Shown in pieces: positions 15,896 to 25,400 of a stretch of 64,000 nucleotides of DNA. The notes beneath the pieces were generated by a model. That model saw nothing but the letters and a program-made list of their open reading frames with translations, had not been told where the DNA came from and searched no databases. This DNA comes from a virus (Duplodnaviria; Heunggongvirae; Uroviricota; Caudoviricetes). The position numbers and the translations under genes are program-made. Location: positions 1-64,000 of IMG/VR virus record IMGVR_UViG_3300014205_008670; one strand, 5' to 3'. The first letter of the stretch is position 1; each line of letters starts with the position of its first letter.

Positions 15896-18508
15896 ATGTC
15901 TCTTAACAAAACAGATAGTGGCGTTTTTTACTTTGGGGTTCTTCCAGAAGAAGAAGTTTTAATTCAAGCTAGTCGTCATCTAGTTGATAACCGTTGTGTT
16001 TTTATGGGGTTAATGTCAGATTGTCACTTAGGGTATTCAACCCCAATAGGTGGAGTAGCTGTTTATAAAGATGTTATTTCTCCATCTGGAGTGGGATTTG
16101 ATATTTCATGTATTGTCGAAGGATCAGAGGTTACTACAGGTTCTGGAGAACTTGTAAGGATTGAGGATATCTCCAAAGAGAATGTGGGACTTACTATGAA
16201 GTTGTCCGGATCTCTTGTTGAAACAAATATTACTGGTGTATCTTGCAAAGAAGTCGAAGAAATATTAGAGATAGAATTAGAAAATGGAGATTTTATAAGA
16301 TTAACAGAAGATCATCTTCTTTTGACGGAATATGATGGCGTGAAATCTTGGCGGGAAGCAAATAGTTTTTCTATGGGAGACAGGATTATGGTCTCTCCTT
16401 ATATTGGTTGTAAAGGGAAATTAACGAAACATCATATTTTCATGAGAATTTTGGGATATTTGATGGGAGATGGACATCTTCCAAGAGATAGCAATAGAAG
16501 CGTTTTTTATTCTTCTATTGATAAAGATGCTGATTCCATTGCAAAAGATATAGAAAAATATTATGAGTATCTTGTTCATCAACAAGATATACAAAAATCT
16601 ATATCTGTAAATCCTAATGACATTCCATCTATAGATACAGTAAATGTTGGAATTTTTCGTAGGGACAAAAAAACTATTACAGGAAAAAACACAAGAGAAA
16701 ATTGTGTTTATTTTTTTTCCAGTTATATTAGGAAAGAATTTGAACTTTACGGGTGTCCTGTTGGTAAAAAAGAGTTTGATATTTCAAGACTACATGAAAT
16801 CTTTTCAAACCTTTCGTTGGTTGATAAGTCCAATTTCATCGGAGGGATTTTGGGCGCTGAAGCGGGATGTCCAAAAATTGGTAAGAATAATGTTTTTAAC
16901 CCTTGGATAAAGATGGGAGGTATAAACGGAAGAGATTTCTTGGAATTTATCTCTTCTCTTCTTGAGGAATTCGATTTCGAATCTCATATTACTCTCTCAA
17001 CTGAAGAAGATGGAGAAAAAAAAGCAACATATGTCCTCCAAATCATTGGAGGGATGGACGAGTTTGAAAGATTTTATAGAACTTTCAAATTTTTTTATTC
17101 TGATTATAAAGAGATAGAAAAGGCAAAAGTTCTTTCTTATATTTGGAGTAAAAAGAAAATAGTTAACAAAAAAATTGCAGCCAGAGAACTGTGTCGCTTT
17201 CTCAGGTCTCAAGGTTGCAAAGTGAATTCTTTGCATAAAGAAGCTTCTAAAATGCTTGGATATGAAGTAAATAAAAGATTTGCTCTAAGGTCCATTTATG
17301 AGGATTGCGGAGATCCAAGAATTAGTGAAGAAAAACCAATTATCAATACAAATGATCAAGGAATTTGGGTCAAGATTGTATCTATTAATAAACTTAAAGA
17401 AAAGACAAAAGTTTACGATATAGGAATTGACCATGTAGGTCATAACTTTATTGCAAATGGAGTAGTTGTGCATAACTGTGGGAATAAAGCTGTAAAGTTA
17501 AACATAAAGGGTGTTACTATAAGAAAAGATATAAAAAAAATAATTGAAGAAATATCGAAAAATATTTCATTTGGAGTAGGTAGATGCAATAACAAAAAAG
17601 TAGATCATGAATTGTTTGATGATCCTACTTGGAATTTAGATTGTATTAAAGAAATATCAAGAGGTGTTAACAAAAAAAATGATTTAAGAGATATGGCAAT
17701 ATCCCAATTGGGCACTATTGGTTCCGGAAATCACTATCTAGACCTGTTTGTAGACGAAAATGATGATGTATGGATTGGAGTTCATTTCGGATCTCGTGGA
17801 CTTGGACATAAAATAGCAACATATTTTCTACATGAAGCTGGTGGAAAAGATGATATTAATGCCTATCCTACATTAATTAGTGTAAATAGCGACTTAGGAC
17901 AAGAGTATATTTCTTGTATGAAGCTGGCTGGTAGATATGCCTATGCCGGAAGAGATTGGGTTTGTAATACTGTTGCAAATATACTTCGTGGTAAAATAAT
18001 AGAAGAAGTACATAACAATCATAATTTTGCATTTGAAGAAACTCATTTTGGAGAAAGTTATTGGGTTATTAGAAAAGGTGCCACGCCTGCTTTTCCGGGT
18101 CAAAAAGGTTTTGTTGGCGGAAGCATGGGAGATAACAGCGTAATTATTGAGGGTGTAGACTCAGAAGAATCAAGACAATCATTTTATTCAACGGTACATG
18201 GCGCTGGTCGTGTTATGGGAAGAATGGAAGCTAAAGGAAAGTTTAAACAAAAAAAAGATTCTTCAGGGAAAAAAACCGGAGAATTTGAATGTGTAAGAGA
18301 ACCTAAAGTAAAAAAAGAAGATATGCTAAAATGGATTAAAGAAAAGGGAGTTGAACTTTATGGTGCAGATGTTGATGAATCTCCATTTGTTTATAAAAGA
18401 TTAAATGAAGTTCTTGGGTTTCATTCAAACACAATAAAAATCCTTCATGACTTACAACCAATTGCAGTAATGATGGCTGGTAACGAAAGAGATCCGTACA
18501 AAGATTGA
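15896..18508 (+). CDS. rtcB: RtcB RNA ligase (3'-phosphate/5'-OH) interrupted by an intein
   Basis: N-extein has SDCHLGYSTPIGGV and SPSGVGFDIS, followed by the C-extein CGNKAV. Extein total is ~414 aa, like E. coli RtcB. The 456-aa insert has LAGLIDADG blocks. Confidence 0.85.
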   Translation: MSLNKTDSGVFYFGVLPEEEVLIQASRHLVDNRCVFMGLMSDCHLGYSTPIGGVAVYKDVISPSGVGFDISCIVEGSEVTTGSGELVRIEDISKENVGLTMKLSGSLVETNITGVSCKEVEEILEIELENGDFIRLTEDHLLLTEYDGVKSWREANSFSMGDRIMVSPYIGCKGKLTKHHIFMRILGYLMGDGHLPRDSNRSVFYSSIDKDADSIAKDIEKYYEYLVHQQDIQKSISVNPNDIPSIDTVNVGIFRRDKKTITGKNTRENCVYFFSSYIRKEFELYGCPVGKKEFDISRLHEIFSNLSLVDKSNFIGGILGAEAGCPKIGKNNVFNPWIKMGGINGRDFLEFISSLLEEFDFESHITLSTEEDGEKKATYVLQIIGGMDEFERFYRTFKFFYSDYKEIEKAKVLSYIWSKKKIVNKKIAARELCRFLRSQGCKVNSLHKEASKMLGYEVNKRFALRSIYEDCGDPRISEEKPIINTNDQGIWVKIVSINKLKEKTKVYDIGIDHVGHNFIANGVVVHNCGNKAVKLNIKGVTIRKDIKKIIEEISKNISFGVGRCNNKKVDHELFDDPTWNLDCIKEISRGVNKKNDLRDMAISQLGTIGSGNHYLDLFVDENDDVWIGVHFGSRGLGHKIATYFLHEAGGKDDINAYPTLISVNSDLGQEYISCMKLAGRYAYAGRDWVCNTVANILRGKIIEEVHNNHNFAFEETHFGESYWVIRKGATPAFPGQKGFVGGSMGDNSVIIEGVDSEESRQSFYSTVHGAGRVMGRMEAKGKFKQKKDSSGKKTGEFECVREPKVKKEDMLKWIKEKGVELYGADVDESPFVYKRLNEVLGFHSNTIKILHDLQPIAVMMAGNERDPYKD
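16109..17476 (+). mobile_element. intein with LAGLIDADG homing-endonuclease domain inserted at the RtcB catalytic Cys
   Basis: Starts at Cys (CIVEGSEV), ends ...NGVVVHN with +1 Cys. DOD motifs ILGYLMGDGHL and IGGILGAEAG. The flanking exteins rejoin to the RtcB DISCG active-site motif. Confidence 0.75.
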
Positions 18509-18513
18509 AAAGT

Positions 18514-18555
18514 GGCCAAAATAGTATTGCGGTTCAAAATGGTTTGTCGTACATA
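18514..18555 (+). promoter_or_regulatory. candidate promoter (GGCCA element, -35 TTGCGG, 17 nt, -10 TACATA) driving the Y-RNA region
   Basis: GTGGCCAAAATAGTATTGCGG-17nt-TACATAT. The -10-like TCGTACAT is shared with the 49810 promoter. Confidence 0.3.
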
Positions 18556-18609
18556 TATACCATAGTTGTTGAGCAAGAAAGTCTGTTCTTTGAAATTGTA
18601 GTAAGATTT

Positions 18610-18748
18610 TTACATTAGGTCGGACTGAGTTGATTATCCGCTCAGAGGTCCAAACGCAGGTTCGAATCCTGCCCAACTAGTAGTACTGGTTGGTCGTCTA
18701 GCGGTTCAGGACGGGAAAAAACTCAACTCTAATTTTTATCTAATGTAA
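18610..18748 (+). ncRNA. YrlA-like Y RNA with a circularly permuted tRNA-like module (T-arm, acceptor stem, D-arm) closed by a long-range helix
   Basis: T-arm GCAGG-TTCGAAT-CCTGC (18656-72). Acceptor 3' strand CCAACTA (18673-79), 5-nt loop, acceptor 5' strand CTGGTTGG. D-arm GTCT-AGCGGTTCA-GGAC (18696-712). Flanking strands TTACATTAG...GAGTTGA (18610-33) and TCAACTC...CTAATGTAA (18723-48) are complementary. GGTCGGA resembles the conserved Ro-binding GGUCCGA. Confidence 0.5.
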
Positions 18749-18749
18749 T

Positions 18750-19000
18750 TTAAAAATTAATGGGTCGAATGAAAACGATTATCAAATGCCTATTCGTTCT
18801 CAACTTTTTTATCCATTATTAAATTTCAACAATCTTGCAGGGCTTCGTTCCTGTTAGGTTGTTGAGACCCTGGTCAAAGGAAGGCAATCCCGAAGATTGC
18901 CTTCCCTAAAAATCTTCTGGGTCGTAGTAATTGATTATCCCTTCGATAGAGAACCGAGGAATCTTCCTCGTTACTTTCAATTACAGTTTTATCCAGAATT
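18750..19000 (+). ncRNA. possible additional Y-RNA-like modules or structured RNA
   Basis: Two more copies of the GGTCG-N-GATTATC motif (18762-90, 18919-41). Perfect 11-bp hairpin GGAAGGCAATC-ccgaag-GATTGCCTTCC at 18878-906. CGAGGA-atct-TCCTCG hairpin. No credible ORF. Confidence 0.25.
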
Positions 19001-19324
19001 TTTTATACGGTCTTACTATAGCTTTAGTTTAAATAACTTAAAACGTCAAGACATCTTTATTAACCATTCAATACAGCGACAGATTGTAGAATTAAAAATT
19101 CTATTTGTATTGAAATTAACTTATCAGAATTTAAAATAAAAATTCAGGTCGTATTTTGTAGATTACCCTTCCAATCAGAAAGAACAAATGATGTCTTGTT
19201 CGTAAATCTGTCAAAAACAAAACAAATTAATCCATGAGATTTATTTGTTTTTCTACAAAAAACTTTTATCTGGTTTTATTTTAAATTCTGAACACTTTAT
19301 TCCTACTATATAAGGAGTCGAATT

Positions 19325-21010
19325 ATGAGTGTTAAGGCTTATAAAAATATTGGAAAAAGAAATGCTGAAAAAAAGGCAACTCAAGGAACAAAGCTTGAGG
19401 GTCAAGTAAAAAATCATGATGGAGCATATGTATATAAGGTAGATGATTGGAATAAACTTGATCGTTTCCTTTTTCTTGGTACAGAAAATGGAAGTTACTA
19501 TGCTTCAGAAAAAAAACTTACCAAAGAAAGTGTAAAGAATATTTTGAAGCTTTTGGAGCTAGATGGGAAGAAGGTTGTTGATCGTGTTGTTGAAATTTCT
19601 CTTCTTGGATCAGCCCCAAAGAATGATCAGGCTTTATTTGTTCTTGCTTTAGCCTCTGCTGATAAAAATGTAGAAACTCGTAGAGCCGCATTTAATGCTC
19701 TTTCAAAAGTTGCTAGAATTGGTACTCATCTTTTCCATTTCGTAGAATTTCGTGAACAATTTGCTGGTTGGGGAAAAGGAATGAGAAAGGCTATTTCTAG
19801 TTGGTATGGAGATAAAGACCTTAAGGACCTTTCATTTCAGCTTGGAAAATATCAATCTCGTGATGGTTGGTCAAATAGAGACTTACTAAGACTTTCTCAT
19901 GCAAATCCTAAAGAGGATGAAAATAGATCTACTATTTATAAGTGGGTAGTTAGCCCAAAAGAAGTTAATGGAGATTACCTCAAGGTGGCTTCTCCTATTC
20001 TTAGTGCTTTTGATGAAATTAAATCTACTGATGATGAAAAAAGAATTTTAGAGCTTGTTACTGAGTTTAAACTTCCTCTAGAAATGATTCCTACCGATAA
20101 ACGTAGCCGTAAGGTTTATGAAGTAATGTTGAATAATTTTGGCATTACTGCACTTATTAGAAATCTAGGAAAACTTAGTGAATGTGGAATTCTTGATTCA
20201 GGTAACTTTTCTGAAGTGAATAAGGTTGTTAATAGACTAACAAACGTTGATGAAATTAAAAAAGGTCGTGTTCATCCTATTTCTACCCTAATGGCATTGC
20301 TTGTATATAAGAATGGTAAAGGGGTTAAAGGTGATTTGACTTGGAAACCAAATCCAAAAATCATTGACGCACTTAATGAGGCTTTTTATCTTGGATTTGA
20401 CTCAATTGAATCAACTGGAAAAAACATAATGCTTGCATTGGATGTTTCTGGTTCTATGAATAGCCCTATTGGTGGAACATTTCTTACTTGTCGAGAGGCG
20501 AGTGCAGCAATGGCAATGGCTGTTGCAAAAACAGAAAAGAACTACTTGATAACAAGTTTTAGTTCTAAGGGAAATGGATATTTATCTGGCGGACATAGAT
20601 TCTATGACAAATCTATCAGCAATGATTTCTTTAACGTGTCTGGATTAACTGAATTAAATATTACAAATAAAACAAAACTACCTGAAGTAATGGATAGTGT
20701 TAATAATCTTGATTTTACTGCCACAGATTGTTCTCTTCCAATGAGATGGGCTTTAAAAAACAAAATTAAATTTGATGCCTTTGTTGTTTATACAGACAAT
20801 GAAACTAACTGTTACAACCAAATCCAACCATCAGCGGCATTAAAGAGATATCGTGAAGAAATGGGAATAGATGCAAAGTTAATTGTAAATGCAATGACAG
20901 TTACTGATTTTACAATTGCAGATCCAAATGACAAAGGAATGCTTGATTGTATCGGATTTTCAAGTGATACCCCTCAAGTTATATCTCGCTTTATTAAAAA
21001 CGAATTCTAA
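19325..21010 (+). CDS. rsr: Ro60/Rsr ortholog (TROVE domain + vWA domain with MIDAS)
   Basis: N-terminal TROVE-like region. C-terminal vWA with MLALDVSGSM (DxSGS MIDAS). RBS AAGGAG. Confidence 0.8.
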   Translation: MSVKAYKNIGKRNAEKKATQGTKLEGQVKNHDGAYVYKVDDWNKLDRFLFLGTENGSYYASEKKLTKESVKNILKLLELDGKKVVDRVVEISLLGSAPKNDQALFVLALASADKNVETRRAAFNALSKVARIGTHLFHFVEFREQFAGWGKGMRKAISSWYGDKDLKDLSFQLGKYQSRDGWSNRDLLRLSHANPKEDENRSTIYKWVVSPKEVNGDYLKVASPILSAFDEIKSTDDEKRILELVTEFKLPLEMIPTDKRSRKVYEVMLNNFGITALIRNLGKLSECGILDSGNFSEVNKVVNRLTNVDEIKKGRVHPISTLMALLVYKNGKGVKGDLTWKPNPKIIDALNEAFYLGFDSIESTGKNIMLALDVSGSMNSPIGGTFLTCREASAAMAMAVAKTEKNYLITSFSSKGNGYLSGGHRFYDKSISNDFFNVSGLTELNITNKTKLPEVMDSVNNLDFTATDCSLPMRWALKNKIKFDAFVVYTDNETNCYNQIQPSAALKRYREEMGIDAKLIVNAMTVTDFTIADPNDKGMLDCIGFSSDTPQVISRFIKNEF

Positions 21011-21028
21011 CAATTACTGTTTATATCA

Positions 21029-21064
21029 AAAGCCTCAATTTCTAGAAATAGGTTTTGAGGCTTT
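21029..21064 (+). terminator. possible terminator hairpin after rsr
   Basis: AAAGCCTCAA ... TTGAGGCTTT, a 10-bp stem with a large 16-nt loop and a weak U tract. Confidence 0.3.
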
Positions 21065-21098
21065 ATCGTATTTAATTGTGTAAAATAATTTTACATAA

Positions 21099-21136
21099 GG
21101 CCAGTTGTTGACAAACAACAAAAAGTATTGAAAATA
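21099..21136 (+). promoter_or_regulatory. candidate promoter (GGCCA element, -35 TTGACA, 17 nt, -10 AAAATA)
   Basis: AAGGCCAGTTGTTGACA-17nt-AAAATA upstream of the IF3 gene. Confidence 0.3.
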
Positions 21137-21184
21137 AAGAAGTTACACATATTCTTAGGAAAGAAATTAGGAGAAAATTTTTAA

Positions 21185-21685
21185 ATGACAACAGAGTACG
21201 TTGCTAATGATGAGATTAGTTTTCAGGAAGTTACAGTAATCAATACAAATGGAGAAAATTTAGGGATTAAAAGGTTAGAGGAAGCACTAGAAATTGCTTC
21301 AAATGAAGACTTAGATCTTGTTGTTGTAAATCCAGATCCAGAGAATCCGGTTTGTAAAATCATAGACCTTTCAAAGTTTAGATATGAAAAGCGTCAAAAA
21401 GATAAGAAAAATCCAAAAAGACATAAAACAAAAGAAATTAGAATTTCTGTAAACATAGAAGAACATGATCTTAATATTAAAACTAAAAATATTGATAGAT
21501 TTTTGTCTCAAGGTTCAAATGTTCTTGTTAATATTAAATTTCCTACCCGCCAAAGAGATACAATTTCACTAACTATTAGCGAAATATTAAATAAAATTCA
21601 AACCCTTTTAAACACAAAACACCAAATTGAACTTGGTTCTTATGGTAGTTCTAATTATTCTACGGAGATTATTCCAATTAAATGA
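21185..21685 (+). CDS. infC: translation initiation factor IF-3 homolog
   Basis: ISFQEVTVINTNGENLGIKRLEEALEIASNEDLDLVVVNPDPENPVCKIIDLSKFRYEK aligns nearly residue for residue with the E. coli IF3 N-domain/linker (...[27 protein letters not shown]). The C-domain is also alignable. Confidence 0.85.
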   Translation: MTTEYVANDEISFQEVTVINTNGENLGIKRLEEALEIASNEDLDLVVVNPDPENPVCKIIDLSKFRYEKRQKDKKNPKRHKTKEIRISVNIEEHDLNIKTKNIDRFLSQGSNVLVNIKFPTRQRDTISLTISEILNKIQTLLNTKHQIELGSYGSSNYSTEIIPIK

Positions 21686-22377
21686 TTAATGTTCAAGAGC
21701 CTCCTAGGGTCTTGAATGAATATCAACGTGATGATAAAATATTAAAAAACCTTTACTTAGTAAACATTGTTGCAAAAGAGTATCGTTTTTTAGAAAACTC
21801 AAAATATGAGGATCTTATTCAAGAAGGACGAATCGGACTCATTAAAGCAGTAGATAAATTCGATCCAATCATAGGAACCAATTTTAAAACATATGCATTA
21901 TATCACATAAAATATAACATTCAAGATTTTCTTAGAAAAGAGTCATCTTTAGTATATATTCCTTATAATCGTCTTTGCAAGGCTTTTCGTCTACAAAGAT
22001 TTATACATTCTTTTATTCAAAATAAAAATGGAACCCCTCCTTCTGAAAAAGAAATGAGGGGTTTTCTTCATTGTAACTCAACATATCTAACAGATATACT
22101 GTTGATTGTGTTGATCTTAAATAATAAAATCAACAATATTGAAGAAAAATATTCGTATAGTAGTAATATGCATGTCAATATATTTAATTTAAATATTACT
22201 TCTATGATGAAAAGTCTTTACTATGAGGAAGAGTTGGTTTTAAAAGAAAAATATTTTGAAAACAAATCATTTAGAGAAATAGGTAGTATTTTAAATTTTT
22301 CACATGAAAAAATTAGAAAAATTCACAATAATGGTCTTTTGAGACTTAAATCTCTTTTGAAAGATTTAGAGGAATAA
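21682..22377 (+). CDS. sigma-70 family RNA polymerase sigma factor (regions 2 and 4)
   Basis: Region 2 RIGLIKAVDKFDPIIGTNFKTYALYHIKYNIQDFL. C-terminal HTH FREIGSILNFSHEKIRKIHNNGLLRLK (region 4). ATGA overlap with IF3. Confidence 0.7.
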   Translation: MINVQEPPRVLNEYQRDDKILKNLYLVNIVAKEYRFLENSKYEDLIQEGRIGLIKAVDKFDPIIGTNFKTYALYHIKYNIQDFLRKESSLVYIPYNRLCKAFRLQRFIHSFIQNKNGTPPSEKEMRGFLHCNSTYLTDILLIVLILNNKINNIEEKYSYSSNMHVNIFNLNITSMMKSLYYEEELVLKEKYFENKSFREIGSILNFSHEKIRKIHNNGLLRLKSLLKDLEE

Positions 22378-22436
22378 GGATTTTTTTTTGAGAATTTACA
22401 TTAGATGCTATAACTATTTTTTATGGAGTCTGTAAG

Positions 22437-25400
22437 ATGACTTTTAAGATAAGAAAAATATTTGATAAATTTAATCCACTTTCAAGTACTATTGATAACT
22501 TTATTAAATTGTCTGTTAGACCAGAAGAAGAAGAAATAACCATGCAAGATGAACAGGGACAGCCACAACCTGTAACAGACTTAGAATATTTAGAAAAAAA
22601 CTATCCGGAAAATGTTAATCAACCACTAGTTGATAATTCCGATGTTTCTGTATCAGAAATACTTTCTCAATTTGCATCTATTTTTGGAGAAACAATTGTA
22701 AGTGTAAATAAGGTTAAACCTCTTATAAGTAAGCTTATAAATAAATTAAAAGTAAAAAATGGTATTACATGGAATAATTTAGATTCAAATACCAGAAAGA
22801 TTTTTGAAATAAGCTTTAATTTAGATACAAAAAGTCGTTCATTTAAAGAAATAGAACTATTTCCGTTCGATAGAGAAGAAAGAGATTTAATGGATGAAAT
22901 AGGATCTGTTGTATTTTCAAGTATAAATAGTAATTTAGAAAATGAAGAGTTAAAGAAATATGAATTATCAGTATATGAGTTTGGGGATGTTCAAGGATAC
23001 TCTGTTGCTCAAAAATTATTATTAAGTATTTTTATTAAAAAATTAGTTGAAAACTTTTATGAAATTTTAGGTGAAAATTATTCTATCTATTTTCAAAATG
23101 TAAAGTCAATAAGAGAAATAGAAAATAAAGTAGATAAAATACAGGATTTAGATTTAAAAAACAAATTAAAAGAAATTTTAAATAAAATAAATTCAAAAAA
23201 AACAGAGATGTTAAATTATATTGAAGACTATGGATCTGACATCTTGGGTTTTGATATAGAGATTCTTGATGGTCTTTCTATTGACTTTAACAAGCCAGGG
23301 TTACTCTCTCGTGGTGAGCTAGATAGAATGGTTTTTAGTTTAGAGTCAGTATTAAATACCTCTGCACAAATGGCTGGAGTGGCTCCATCAGAAGATCCAT
23401 ATAGGTCAGAAAGATTTTATGATAAAGGAAACGAAAGCCCAGCAGCAGGACAAGAAGAGCGTTATGAAAACGAAAAAATGACCCAGCTAAAATGGACGAA
23501 CTTAATTGAAAACTTTCCATTAAATAAGGATTTTAGTAAAGAAGTAGATTTTTTTCTTAGTAATTATGGATTATCTGTTGAAAATATCCTTGAAATTCAA
23601 TTACCAGATTTTGATTCAAAAAATCCTAAACCATTATCTAGTGAAGGTCTTTTTTATGAGAATTGGACTCGTAGAAAATTTATAGCGTTTGTAAAGGCAA
23701 GTAAAGAATATGCTAGTTCTGCTGGTGCAAAAATTTATGGTGGAGAATTTGATATATTCCCTGAAAATGTTTGGGATGCAATGATTGCAATTGGCTCTGG
23801 TGTAAATCAAACCAACTCTCAAGGAATTGGAAATATAAGTTTTAAATTTGAAAATCCTTATAAACAATTTCCTGGTCTATCAAAATTCGTTCAGTCATTT
23901 ATGGGTAAATTGGAAGATGTTTATTTTAGATTTAAAATAAATCCAACTAAAGACTATTCTAGTAATGCAGAAAGAATAAGAATTAAAGAAGCTTCATACC
24001 TTTTAGAAGAATTGAATTCTACGGCTAATAGAATTAATAGTTCTATTTCAAATCCAACAGAAGAGTCTAATTACACTCTACCAAGAGATATTATATTTAT
24101 AAGAGATGGTTCACAAAAGTTTTTTGAATATTATGATAAATTAATTGGAATAAAGTCTAATATGTCTTTTGGTGAAAAAGAAAAAAAATATACTGAAGTA
24201 TCCTCTCCTATATCAGCAAACGATTTGTTAAAATTTAACAGTTCAATCTCGTCTTATGATGGTGGTGTTGTTTTAAGTCTTCTTAATAAAGTAAACGATT
24301 CTTGTGAAAAAATTGTAAAAATATTAGGATCTTTAAAACATAGAACAACTAGAAAACAAGAAAAAGAATTAATAATAAGATTGAAAGAGGCTTCTGTAAA
24401 TATTAAAAAACATATTAAAGGCATGGGAAACAACAAAGAAGATTTTGATCAACTAAAAAACTATGTTTCTATATTTAAATCCTATTTACAACAAGCATCA
24501 GGTCCAATTAGAATGATGTATGGGGAAAGTGACAACACATCAAAGCTAATAAATTCTATTAAATTAGTAGCAATTTTACTAGATAGGGAAATTGGTTTTG
24601 GAAAAATAACAGAAAATTCTAAAGAAATTTCTGAAAGACTAACAACAATAATAAACATACTAAAAGAGGCTTCTGATGAACGTTTAGGAATTTCTGAATC
24701 AGCTATAAATTCTGAAGATGAAATTGAATTCAAAAGAATTCAATCTGAAATCAGCAGGTCTTATTTAGATTTACTTAATATTTCTCTTTCAGATGAAGAA
24801 AATAAATTTTCTGAAATTAAGGAAGTTGGTGATAAAATTTCTAAATTATCAAAGGAATCTTTACCTGTATTAGAAAATATGCTAAATGATTTTTGGAATT
24901 TAGATTCAAATGACAATTTGGCAAATACATGTTATAAAGAAATTCAGTCAGCATCTGAAGACCTTCCTGAAATTTTCTTTGCTTATGGTGATTATAAAAT
25001 TTTAATGGCAGAAGAAGAGGCTGAAATTGAAAAAGAATCTCAAGAATCAGAATCTGAAGTAGAAAAAAAAGAAAAGAAGATTAAAATTAAAACAGAATAT
25101 TCTTTTGATGAAGATAATCAAACTATAACGTTTAATGATATTAAAAAGTCTAAAAATGGAATAGAAAGAAAATCAAGATCTTACGATATTGGAGATCCAA
25201 GACTTGAGAGGGCATTGAAGACAAGAAAACTAATAAAACTTTCACCAGAAGAAAATAGTGGTTTTATGAGAGCTTTTTATGAAGATACTTACTTTGACCC
25301 ATCTGACATAAAAAAGGAAAGTGATTTTGAGGCAAAAGTAATCTATAACACACCTCAAAACCCAAGTGTTTTAAATAGAATTATAAAAGATCTACAACAA

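Noticed and set aside
18656-18680. Canonical tRNA gene ending in the GGTTCGAATCC T-loop
   Set aside because: No standard cloverleaf can be built. The acceptor 5' strand and D-arm lie downstream of the T-arm/acceptor 3' strand, and no anticodon arm fits. The permuted order matches YrlA-type Y RNAs instead.
18897-19139. 80-aa ORF in the rtcB-rsr spacer
   Set aside because: No RBS, odd composition, and it overlaps hairpins and repeated RNA motifs. Most likely non-coding.
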